A DNA stretch of 64,000 nucleotides from Bacteroidales bacterium (GTDB lineage: Bacteria; Bacteroidota; Bacteroidia; Bacteroidales; UBA3824): the NCBI GenBank assembly GCA_045597465.1, contig JAZLKG010000057.1, positions 21,979-85,978 of the forward strand, given 5' to 3'. Positions 9,308 to 17,372 of the stretch are shown here, in pieces. The first letter of the stretch is position 1. Each line of letters begins with the position of its first letter. The translations under genes and the position numbers were made by a program. Below the pieces are notes generated by a model, which was not told the DNA's origin, did no database searches, and was given only the letters and a program-made list of their open reading frames with translations.

Positions 9308-10876
9308 ATGAAGACACTGCCATTAGGAACACAGACATTCCAGATTCTACGTGAGGAAGATCAGTTGTATGTCGATAAGACAAGATACGTATATGACCTT
9401 ACCCACTTTTACCGCAACGTCTTCCTCTCGAGGCCGAGGCGTTTCGGAAAGTCGTTGCTGTGCGATACCTTCAAGATGTATTTTGAGGGCAGGAAGGATA
9501 TGTTCCAAGGGCTGGCGATTATGGATCTGGAGAAAGACTGGAAGAAGTATCCGGTGATTCATCTGGATCTGTCGCTCCGCAAGGACAGTGCCGAGCGTCT
9601 CAGAAAATCATTGGGAGAACTTCTCAAGGATTATGAGGACATTTACGATATTCCAGTGGATGCGTCACGTGAGGTTTCGGACCGATTGAGTTCAATTATC
9701 AAGACAGCCTACCGTAAGACAGGCAATCGTGTAGTTGTTTTGCTTGACGAGTACGATGCCGCTCTTATGTATGCAGTTGACAACAAGGAACTTTTCGCCG
9801 AAATAAGGAACGAACTAAATGATTTTTTCACTCCACTGAAAAAACTTGATTCCTGCATAAAATTCCTCTTCATAACTGGAATTTCGAAATTCTCGCAGGT
9901 TTCGATATTCTCGGCGCTCAACAATCTGGTGGATATCAGCCTTGATCCAAAGTATGAGGGTGTCTGCGGATTCACCAAAGAAGAGATGCGCAGGGATTTC
10001 CCTGAGTATGTCCAAATAATAGCAGACAAATACAATTGCGATTTGGAAACTGCGTATGAGGAACTTAGGAAAAATTATGATGGCTATCATTTTTCTGAGG
10101 AAATGACCTGTGATGTCTTCAATCCTTTCAGCATTCTCAATGCTTTCGACAAGCGGAAACTCAATTCTTTTTGGTTCGATTCGGCAAGTCCTTCGGCATT
10201 GATAAAGTTGGTTGATAAGTTTGATTTGAATATCGGAGATTTGGAGAATTGTGAAGCCGGTCTTGACAGTTTCTCTGTGCCTATCGAGAGTATCGATGAT
10301 CCGATTCCCTTGCTTTTTCAGTCGGGATATCTTACCATCAAGGATTATGATATGGAGGTTGATAGTTATACACTCTCATATCCCAACAGGGAAGTGCGTG
10401 TGGCATTGGCAAAGCAACTTTTGCAATACAAGACCAAGAATCCACCCGAACTCACCAACTTCTCCAATAGTTATAAGGCTTTTTGGAAGAGTGACGATCT
10501 TGACCGTTTCCTTCTCAGTTTCAAGGCATTCTTGAAGGGATTCCCGTTTTCGCTCAACAATTCAGATAAGAACGAGAAGCATTATCACGGCCTTCTCTAC
10601 ACCGCGTTGGTTTCTTTCGGCGCTGACGTCTTTGCCGAGAAGGAGCAGTATGAGGGCAAGCCTGATATCATCCTCAAAATGCCGAATACAATCTACATTC
10701 TGGAGCTGAAGTACGGGAAATCTGTCGGCACGGCCCTGTCTCAGGCCAAGAAGAAAGACTATGCCGGAGAGTTCGCCGACGACAAGCGTCCTGTTAAAAT
10801 TGTCGGAATCAACTTCCTGGAAGAGGAGGTTGAGAACGAGATTTTCAAGTATAAGGTGAAGGTAGTGAGGGAGTAA
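9308..10876 (+). CDS. AAA-ATPase-like protein with C-terminal PD-(D/E)XK nuclease domain (PF09820 + PDDEXK_9-type architecture)
   Basis: Start MKTLPLGTQTFQILREEDQLYVDKTRYVYDL. P-loop-like RPRRFGKSL. C-terminal KPDIILKMPNTIYILELKYGKS (D...ExK). The upstream 34 codons of the tracked ORF overlap the promoter cassette. Confidence 0.8.
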   Translation: MKTLPLGTQTFQILREEDQLYVDKTRYVYDLTHFYRNVFLSRPRRFGKSLLCDTFKMYFEGRKDMFQGLAIMDLEKDWKKYPVIHLDLSLRKDSAERLRKSLGELLKDYEDIYDIPVDASREVSDRLSSIIKTAYRKTGNRVVVLLDEYDAALMYAVDNKELFAEIRNELNDFFTPLKKLDSCIKFLFITGISKFSQVSIFSALNNLVDISLDPKYEGVCGFTKEEMRRDFPEYVQIIADKYNCDLETAYEELRKNYDGYHFSEEMTCDVFNPFSILNAFDKRKLNSFWFDSASPSALIKLVDKFDLNIGDLENCEAGLDSFSVPIESIDDPIPLLFQSGYLTIKDYDMEVDSYTLSYPNREVRVALAKQLLQYKTKNPPELTNFSNSYKAFWKSDDLDRFLLSFKAFLKGFPFSLNNSDKNEKHYHGLLYTALVSFGADVFAEKEQYEGKPDIILKMPNTIYILELKYGKSVGTALSQAKKKDYAGEFADDKRPVKIVGINFLEEEVENEIFKYKVKVVRE

Positions 10877-10886
10877 GCATCAGGAA

Positions 10887-11498
10887 ATGAGCGTATTCTT
10901 CATTCCTGAGGAACATATTGTTGCTCAGTATTATATTATTGATTTTAACTTAATGTGGTGCGGAATTAAGGAAATGATTAAAGGAAGTTTTTATTTGTTT
11001 AGTATTAGCGGCTTTTGGATAGCATTGGTTTGTTTGATCGTTGGTATTTGGCAAGGAAATACATTAATAGTATTTACAGCGATTATAGGTCATTTGGCTC
11101 TCCTTGGTTACGCTATATATCTTTGTAGTGAGGAAAATGATAAAACAGAACTATTTATAAAACTCAACAAGGATTATATTGTCTTGAAATCATTTGAATC
11201 ATATAGATTTTATTTTGCTTTTTTTGAAGGTCGGAGAGAATATGTCATATTTGAGATTGATGGATACAGATATCTTGTAACTATTCTTGATAGGAAATTG
11301 TCTTTGGCAGTTTTTAAATTTGAAATTGATGAAATTAATGAAAGAAATGCCTATATAAAGATTAGGGAACGTTTTAAAGGTGGCCCGACTGGAGAATGGA
11401 ATTATCTTAGGGATAGTTATGCTAAGTCATATATTAGCATGATAGATTTTAAAGATCTTATTAAAGAATATAGAACAAATAAAGAGCAAGTGCAATAA
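10887..11498 (+). CDS. hypothetical membrane protein (2 predicted TM helices), very AT-rich
   Basis: 203 aa, starting 10 nt after the preceding stop. Hydrophobic segments FYLFSISGFWIALVCLIVGIW and LIVFTAIIGHLALLGYAIYLC. No family recognised. Confidence 0.6.
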   Translation: MSVFFIPEEHIVAQYYIIDFNLMWCGIKEMIKGSFYLFSISGFWIALVCLIVGIWQGNTLIVFTAIIGHLALLGYAIYLCSEENDKTELFIKLNKDYIVLKSFESYRFYFAFFEGRREYVIFEIDGYRYLVTILDRKLSLAVFKFEIDEINERNAYIKIRERFKGGPTGEWNYLRDSYAKSYISMIDFKDLIKEYRTNKEQVQ

Positions 11499-11506
11499 AT
11501 AATTTA

Positions 11507-11545
11507 TTGCCCAATTCCCAGAAATACATTATCTTTGTAGCAATC
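11507..11545 (+). promoter_or_regulatory. 40-bp promoter cassette, copy 2
   Basis: TTGCCCAATTCCCAGAAATACATTATCTTTGTAGCAATC. -7 box TATCTTTG at 11530-11537. ATG at 11564. Confidence 0.7.
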
Positions 11546-11563
11546 AGAAAATCGAAAATCACT

Positions 11564-12580
11564 ATGGTAACAATTGCAAATCCGATATATGACTCGGTCT
11601 TCAAGTATCTGATGCAGGATACGAGAATTGCGAGACTCTTGATTGAGAACCTTTTGGGATATCCTGTAGAGGATGTTGTGGTCAAGAACAACGAGTTCAT
11701 TCTGATAGATATAAATGAGCTCAAGCTCAGCCGTGTGGATTTTCAAGCCAAGGTAAAAATCTCTGATACTGAGACTCAGCTTGTTACCATAGAATTGCAG
11801 AAGGCTTTCCTCGATACTGAGTATATGAGATTTCGCCGTTACTTGGGCGAACACTATATCAACAACGAGAACTGCGTCTATAAGACTGTTGAGAAGATAA
11901 ACCCAAAGACGGGTGAGAAGTATCTGAAAATCGAGGAATATCCGAATCCAATAATACAGGTTTACCTCCTCGGTCACAACCTTCCCGAGATAGAGAATGC
12001 AGTTTCCAAGAGTCAGCTGAAATTTGTTGACCTTGACGGCAATGAAATCAAAGATGCAGGCAAGTCGCTCTTTGTGAAGAGCCTTACCCATCAGACCATA
12101 ATAGTCCAGATAAAGAAACTGCCTCAAAAGCCAATGCATAAATTGGAGGACATTCTCTCCATCTTCAATCACGAGGCCATTTTCCAAAACAAGGAGGAGC
12201 AGACCGTAAAAATAGAGGACTACTACGGCAAGTCGGAGGAGTATCAGATAATGGCCCGCCGCCTTCAGGAGGCCGCCGTTGACGCTGAGCTCCGCAAGAT
12301 GATGAAAGAGGAGGACGACCTTTGGCGAGAATACCGTCTTATGAAAGAGAACGAGCGCCTGAGAATGCAGGCAGCGGAGGCAAGGGGCGAGTCGAGAGGA
12401 TTGGAAAAAGGTCGTGCCGAGGGTATTGCCGAGGGCCGTGCCGAGGCTGAGGCCAAAGCCCACGAGGAGAAATTAGCTTCCGCCCTTGCGATATACAAGT
12501 CCGGCTCGATGCCGTTGGAGCAGATTGCGGCTATTATGAAGTTGGATGCCGGGGAGCTTGCTGAGTATGCGGGCAGGTGA
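11564..12580 (+). CDS. Rpn-family (YhgA-like, PDDEXK_2) recombination-promoting nuclease / putative transposase
   Basis: MVTIANPIYDSVFKYLMQD... N-terminus typical of the Bacteroidales PDDEXK_2 family. RVDFQAKV...TIELQK nuclease core. Charged coiled C-terminal tail (EGRAEGIAEGRAEAEAKA). Confidence 0.8.
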   Translation: MVTIANPIYDSVFKYLMQDTRIARLLIENLLGYPVEDVVVKNNEFILIDINELKLSRVDFQAKVKISDTETQLVTIELQKAFLDTEYMRFRRYLGEHYINNENCVYKTVEKINPKTGEKYLKIEEYPNPIIQVYLLGHNLPEIENAVSKSQLKFVDLDGNEIKDAGKSLFVKSLTHQTIIVQIKKLPQKPMHKLEDILSIFNHEAIFQNKEEQTVKIEDYYGKSEEYQIMARRLQEAAVDAELRKMMKEEDDLWREYRLMKENERLRMQAAEARGESRGLEKGRAEGIAEGRAEAEAKAHEEKLASALAIYKSGSMPLEQIAAIMKLDAGELAEYAGR

Positions 12581-12846
12581 TGAGAAAGTACCGAGGCCAT
12601 TCAGACAAATTCAGTAATTTTACCTTCGGTAATCATAGCGATTTTTTTGGTAATTTGTTTTGTCGTTATTACAAAGATGCTAAAAATTTCGCTAATTACC
12701 AAATTTTCAGTCACTTAAATTTAGTCGAACTCACGTTAAATTGATAAAAAGCAAACAAATACCATATATCAATACGATTGGTGAACAAGTTTTGTTTGAT
12801 GGATTGGAAGCATATTCAGAGGATTATATTATAGATTTTATAAAAA

Positions 12847-13764
12847 ATGTTACAGACTTATAACAAATTGTTAAATATTAAGCCAATTTGGGTGTCCATT
12901 TTAGGATGTGTGCTTACGTTGTTTTTACATGTTAACCCCAATACTTTGTCATTGTCATTAATAATAATGTGGTTGTTTTTTGCCGCATTATATATATATG
13001 AACATAATGACTTTATTTATAAAAAAAGTATTTTTGATAATATGTTTATATTGTATTTAATAATAATTATTGTATGTGGTATTGGGGTGATAGAATATTA
13101 TTGTCAACGTGTGAAGTCAAATGAAGGAATTGTGTGTGTAGGTTATGCATATAATAGTATGCAAGAATCTCGTTCTCATTGTATGGTGTATTATATGTAT
13201 TATTATGACAAAAATCTTAAATTAAATAAAGTTAAGGTTAATGGTTACTCCCAACACATAGATTTTAATACAAATGTTGTAATTTCTTTAGGAGGACCTC
13301 GTGGTAATTATATCAAGACAGCTAATCCAACGTGGAATGATTTAGAAAAATATAAATATCCAGTAAATTTTATAATGGATTCTGTAGAGCTCGGCAACGA
13401 CTCCTACGAATATGCGAAATATGAGCGAGATATCGCTTACAATAATTTTGGACTAAATATTGTTCAAATTGCAAATACGTTGAATGATGATGAAATATCA
13501 TTTATGAAATTAAATGGTATTTCAGAGACTATAAAGTGTAGGAATAATGGCACAGACACTTTCCTCGTCTATTCCAACATTAACCCGAAATTTTTCGATG
13601 GCTGGCACGTCTGCCCCGACAGCATCAGCACGCCGGAGAATTTCGCCAAGATAGAGGAGGGTGGATACGGCTATATCTTCCGAGGAAAGATATATTCCAA
13701 GGAAGAGACCGAGAAGTACTGGAATATCATCGAGCAGTACAAGCTGAGAGAGGCAGGGGAGTAG
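12847..13764 (+). CDS. hypothetical 3-TM membrane protein, paralogue A (conserved C-terminal module)
   Basis: 305 aa with three N-terminal hydrophobic helices. The C-terminal DTFLVYSNIN...VCPDSISTPENFAKI...GYIFRGKIYSKEE module is shared with 13844-14755. Confidence 0.65.
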   Translation: MLQTYNKLLNIKPIWVSILGCVLTLFLHVNPNTLSLSLIIMWLFFAALYIYEHNDFIYKKSIFDNMFILYLIIIIVCGIGVIEYYCQRVKSNEGIVCVGYAYNSMQESRSHCMVYYMYYYDKNLKLNKVKVNGYSQHIDFNTNVVISLGGPRGNYIKTANPTWNDLEKYKYPVNFIMDSVELGNDSYEYAKYERDIAYNNFGLNIVQIANTLNDDEISFMKLNGISETIKCRNNGTDTFLVYSNINPKFFDGWHVCPDSISTPENFAKIEEGGYGYIFRGKIYSKEETEKYWNIIEQYKLREAGE

Positions 13765-13776
13765 GGTAGAATAATT

Positions 13777-13816
13777 TTTTGCCCAATTCCCACAAATACA
13801 TTATCTTTGCAGCAAT
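13777..13816 (+). promoter_or_regulatory. 40-bp promoter cassette, copy 3
   Basis: TTTTGCCCAATTCCCACAAATACATTATCTTTGCAGCAAT. TTTG at 13778-13781 and TATCTTTG at 13802-13809. ATG at 13844 or 13853. Confidence 0.7.
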
Positions 13817-13843
13817 GGGAAGCCTCTTTTATTTAATAGTTAA

Positions 13844-14755
13844 ATGTTAGAAATGAAGAAATATTTTCATTGGATATGGTGCGCTATTTGGATTGTATGC
13901 GCATACTTATATGGGGTATATATTACCTCTCTGTGTGAATATGCTATTTGGACAACAATAGCAACAATTTTGTTTGTAATTTCTGCTATTGTTATGCCAT
14001 TCTTTTTCAAAAAGCATTTCGCAGGCTTTATAATAGGACCGATAGTTTCTGTTTTTATTACTTCGTTTTTGACAAGCGACAACATTTCAAAGAGATTGAT
14101 AGACGGTCCTACTTTTATATGCAAGTTTAATGTAACAGGATATGATCGTCCTAAGGGTCGTAGCTCTCTAGTTACTACTTTGGGGTATTATCATATTGGC
14201 AAATCGAAATATGAAAATGGAGTTAGCATAAATGATAAATTCCCTCAGGTTGAATGGGTTTATGTTCAATACAATTTTGTATGCAAAACTATGCTGCATT
14301 TGTACAGAGAAAAGGCTACTGACGAAGAAATAGAAAAAATCCGTGACTTCGCTTTTGTTGAAAACAATACCTTGTATACCTATCACGATTACTCGATGCT
14401 TCAGCCAGACTTGGACTATTATCAAGTAGGTTACAATTTGGTTTATAAGGCTGTTCCCGACAGCCTTGACAATCTTCGGTTCTCCGATGCTCTCGGTAAA
14501 CAACAGATCACAAAATACGAAAAACAGAACTACACCTCCATCCCCGACACCTTCCTCGTTTTCCGCAACATAAACGAGAATATCGACGACCGTTTCATAG
14601 TCTGCGCTCCCGAGGTAAACACTCCCGAAAACTGGGCGAAGATTTCCGACTATGGATACATTTTCCATTACGACGTCTATTCCAAGGAAGAGATCGAGAG
14701 CCAGTGTCAGCAGATAAGAAATTATGTGGAGAAGTATAAGGAGCTTCACAAATAA
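13844..14755 (+). CDS. hypothetical 3-TM membrane protein, paralogue B
   Basis: 303 aa with three N-terminal TM helices. C-terminal DTFLVFRNIN...VCAPEVNTPENWAKI..GYIFHYDVYSKEE module. The start could also be the ATG at 13853. Confidence 0.65.
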   Translation: MLEMKKYFHWIWCAIWIVCAYLYGVYITSLCEYAIWTTIATILFVISAIVMPFFFKKHFAGFIIGPIVSVFITSFLTSDNISKRLIDGPTFICKFNVTGYDRPKGRSSLVTTLGYYHIGKSKYENGVSINDKFPQVEWVYVQYNFVCKTMLHLYREKATDEEIEKIRDFAFVENNTLYTYHDYSMLQPDLDYYQVGYNLVYKAVPDSLDNLRFSDALGKQQITKYEKQNYTSIPDTFLVFRNINENIDDRFIVCAPEVNTPENWAKISDYGYIFHYDVYSKEEIESQCQQIRNYVEKYKELHK

Positions 14756-14768
14756 GCTCCCCAAACCC

Positions 14769-15710
14769 CTACTCTCTTCCCATCACCTTCTTGTACCCCC
14801 GTCGCCCCCAGACAAGCACAAAAGCGAATAGCAATCTTGTGCTGATAATCCATAATGCTGATATTCCCGTAACGGCCATTACAATGGTGTCCTCAAGCAT
14901 GGAGTGATTCATTATCAAGTGATAGTTTACGTCGTTGGCGTCCTTGCGGGTGATGAGGCCCTTCGATTCCAAATCCACCATCACTGCCGATCCGTAACTG
15001 ATGCCAAGCACATTGCCCACCAGCCACATATACGACGATTCCCTGGGAAGACCCATCACTGTCATCAGCGGGGCAAAGAACCTCGACATTGGCTTCAGCC
15101 AGCCGTAAGCCTCTATCAGGCGCTGGATAAACATTAGCGAGTAAATTATGCCGAACACCATGAGCACGGTTTTTATCTGCGACCATCCCCACTGCGCCAT
15201 CACCTCGCCGAATGTGCTGTCGGTATCAGCGCCAAGATATACGTACGCCTCGTCCATCTCGGGAAGCAGAAGATTAAGGTAGAGGGCTGATACAAACGCC
15301 ATTACGATTCGGATGAGGCCCATCTTCCAGAACGACGAGCCTGTCTTCCTGTTTATGGAGCATTCCATGGGCAACGCGTGGCATATCAGCACCATTATGC
15401 CCATTATGGTGGCCTGACGCATGGTCATAGGTATAGCCATCATAGCCGCTACTCCCGAGTATGTACCAGCCATGGCTCCCGATACGAACACTATGGCAGC
15501 CTCGCCGGGCAATCCCATGAAGTTGAACACAGGGTTCAGGTATCCTGCCAGCCATGCCAGCACTCCGAAATACTGGAGCAATACCACCGCCAATGATATA
15601 GGTATCATAAGTTTAAGGAGCCACGATGCGCTCTTCCATGTGCCGGGAATGGCCTGACGGAGACTCCATATAATCTTGTTGCCTGTAATGGGCTGTTCGT
15701 TTTCTTTCAT
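14769..15710 (-). CDS. nucleoside-recognition (Gate) domain membrane protein
   Basis: 313 aa polytopic membrane protein. It resembles the two-Gate-domain, FeoB-associated / spore-maturation-like family by overall pattern. Confidence 0.6.
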   Translation of the reverse strand: MKENEQPITGNKIIWSLRQAIPGTWKSASWLLKLMIPISLAVVLLQYFGVLAWLAGYLNPVFNFMGLPGEAAIVFVSGAMAGTYSGVAAMMAIPMTMRQATIMGIMVLICHALPMECSINRKTGSSFWKMGLIRIVMAFVSALYLNLLLPEMDEAYVYLGADTDSTFGEVMAQWGWSQIKTVLMVFGIIYSLMFIQRLIEAYGWLKPMSRFFAPLMTVMGLPRESSYMWLVGNVLGISYGSAVMVDLESKGLITRKDANDVNYHLIMNHSMLEDTIVMAVTGISALWIISTRLLFAFVLVWGRRGYKKVMGRE

Positions 15711-15843
15711 AATGTTTTTGTTTTTAAGCGGTGCAAAGGTAAATCAAATAATCCGTTATATGTGTTACCTTTAAGTGAACATTACATATACTTTTGCACA
15801 ATATTTGTGCGTTAGTAACAGAAAACAAACCACGTAAATCATT

Positions 15844-16590
15844 ATGAGAAAAACATTAGCAACTTTGCTGATTGGCGCAATGGCAATGGGATGCGCCAAC
15901 AACGCGGGAAACCAGCACCAGACCAACAATAAAACTCCTGAGGCTGAGCAGACTCCTGCCATGGAGACTACAGAGAATGAGGAAGCATCAGACTACGAGG
16001 ACGATTCCACTCCCATAAAAGAATTCAACTATTTCTTCGAGATGCACAACAAGCCCCTGAAGGTGACCGGCAATGCCGACATAGAGGGTTTCGTGAAGGC
16101 CCTTTTTGCCGGCGACGAGTACAGCTATACGCCCGACGAAGCTTTCGACAAGGCCAACGGATTTTTCAGTGTGGCGGCTGCCGGTGATGGCTACCTTGAC
16201 CAATACGGAGCATTCTGGAACCGCAAGGACGGCAAGAAAATGTTCCTTTTCAGTTTCGACCAGGGAAGATACGGCCTCTACGACAAGTGCATAGAGCGCA
16301 AAAACGAATGGTATCAGGTGGCCGTAGACGAACCCGGTGAGGAAGACGAGGAGCTGGGCGGATACAATGAGTCGGGCATTCTGGCATATCTATACAACGC
16401 CGAAACAAAGACTCTGGAGCCAATGCAGCAGCCTCCTTTCAACGGCGTACCCAAAACCGACGGCTATCTCTCGTTCGCCCTGCCTCAGAAAGGCAAGGAC
16501 ATAACCGTAACTGAAATGAATCTAAGCAATTACGACAGAACAACACACACGCTCAAGTTCAACGGACTTACCTTCGATTGGGTAGATTAA
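15844..16590 (+). CDS. lipoprotein, unknown family (paralogue 1)
   Basis: 248 aa. Lipobox AMAMGC. Acidic low-complexity linker. C-terminal half is collinear with 16655-17323 (FNGVPKTD...HTLKFNGLTFDWV). Confidence 0.7.
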   Translation: MRKTLATLLIGAMAMGCANNAGNQHQTNNKTPEAEQTPAMETTENEEASDYEDDSTPIKEFNYFFEMHNKPLKVTGNADIEGFVKALFAGDEYSYTPDEAFDKANGFFSVAAAGDGYLDQYGAFWNRKDGKKMFLFSFDQGRYGLYDKCIERKNEWYQVAVDEPGEEDEELGGYNESGILAYLYNAETKTLEPMQQPPFNGVPKTDGYLSFALPQKGKDITVTEMNLSNYDRTTHTLKFNGLTFDWVD

Positions 16591-16600
16591 TCAATAGTTT

Positions 16601-16618
16601 TAGGGTCAGCTGAACCTA
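16601..16618. repeat. imperfect copy of the AGGGTCAGCTGACCCT palindrome
   Basis: TAGGGTCAGCTGAACCTA with one mismatch, preceded by CAATAGTTT as in the copy at 17341. Confidence 0.85.
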
Positions 16619-16654
16619 TATATATCATAAACCAAACAAACACACATAGCAATT

Positions 16655-17323
16655 ATGAGAAAAATAATCACAACTTTACTGCTTGGCATCCTCTCATTCG
16701 GATGCATGGCTCAGGAGGACGACGAACCATCTTGGCCAAGTCTTCCCTACGGCTACCAACATGACGAACTCTGCAAGCCCCACAAGGTGACTGGCGGAGC
16801 AGGCATCGTGCATTTTATGGAGGCTATCGGTATGGATTATTGCGACGGGGACGATCCCGAATCAGAAAACTGCATAGTTGACAAGGCCAACGGCTATTAC
16901 AAATTCTCGCAGGAGGGCGGTGGCGGAATCCACATAGAGGCTGCCTACTGGAACCGGTCGGATGGCAAGAAGATGCTTATTGTCAATTACCACGTTTGCA
17001 ATTTCGGCCACGGCGACCACGCCGCCAAACTTCAGAAGGAGAATGAGTGGTTTAAGCTGAAGGTAGACAACACCACCAAGAAAGACTTTATGTACGACGA
17101 GATAGGCTGTATGGCCTTCCTCTACAACGCCACCACCCAGAAACTGGAGCCCATGCTGAAACCTCCATTCAACGGGGTGCCAAAGACCGACGATTTCATC
17201 TATATCTATCCTCCCCGAAAGGGCAAGGATATCAAGGTCAGCCTTTGGAACAGGGAGACTTACGGCGAAGGCAACGAGCACACTCTCAAGTTCAACGGAT
17301 TGACCTTCGATTGGGTGGAGTAG
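16655..17323 (+). CDS. lipoprotein, unknown family (paralogue 2)
   Basis: 222 aa. Lipobox ILSFGC. Shares DKANG(F/Y), WNR.DGKKM, PPFNGVPKTD and HTLKFNGLTFDWV blocks with the preceding gene. Confidence 0.7.
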   Translation: MRKIITTLLLGILSFGCMAQEDDEPSWPSLPYGYQHDELCKPHKVTGGAGIVHFMEAIGMDYCDGDDPESENCIVDKANGYYKFSQEGGGGIHIEAAYWNRSDGKKMLIVNYHVCNFGHGDHAAKLQKENEWFKLKVDNTTKKDFMYDEIGCMAFLYNATTQKLEPMLKPPFNGVPKTDDFIYIYPPRKGKDIKVSLWNRETYGEGNEHTLKFNGLTFDWVE

Positions 17324-17340
17324 AGACGCCGCAATAGTTT

Positions 17341-17356
17341 AGGGTCAGCTGACCCT
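17341..17356. repeat. perfect 16-bp palindrome AGGGTCAGCTGACCCT followed by A9
   Basis: Read directly from the sequence. Located 17 nt upstream of the ATG at 17373. Confidence 0.9.
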
Positions 17357-17372
17357 AAAAAAAAATGAAAAT

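Noticed and set aside
11504-12463. 319-aa minus-strand ORF
   Set aside because: It lies antisense to the Rpn-family nuclease gene, which has strong family motifs and its own promoter cassette.
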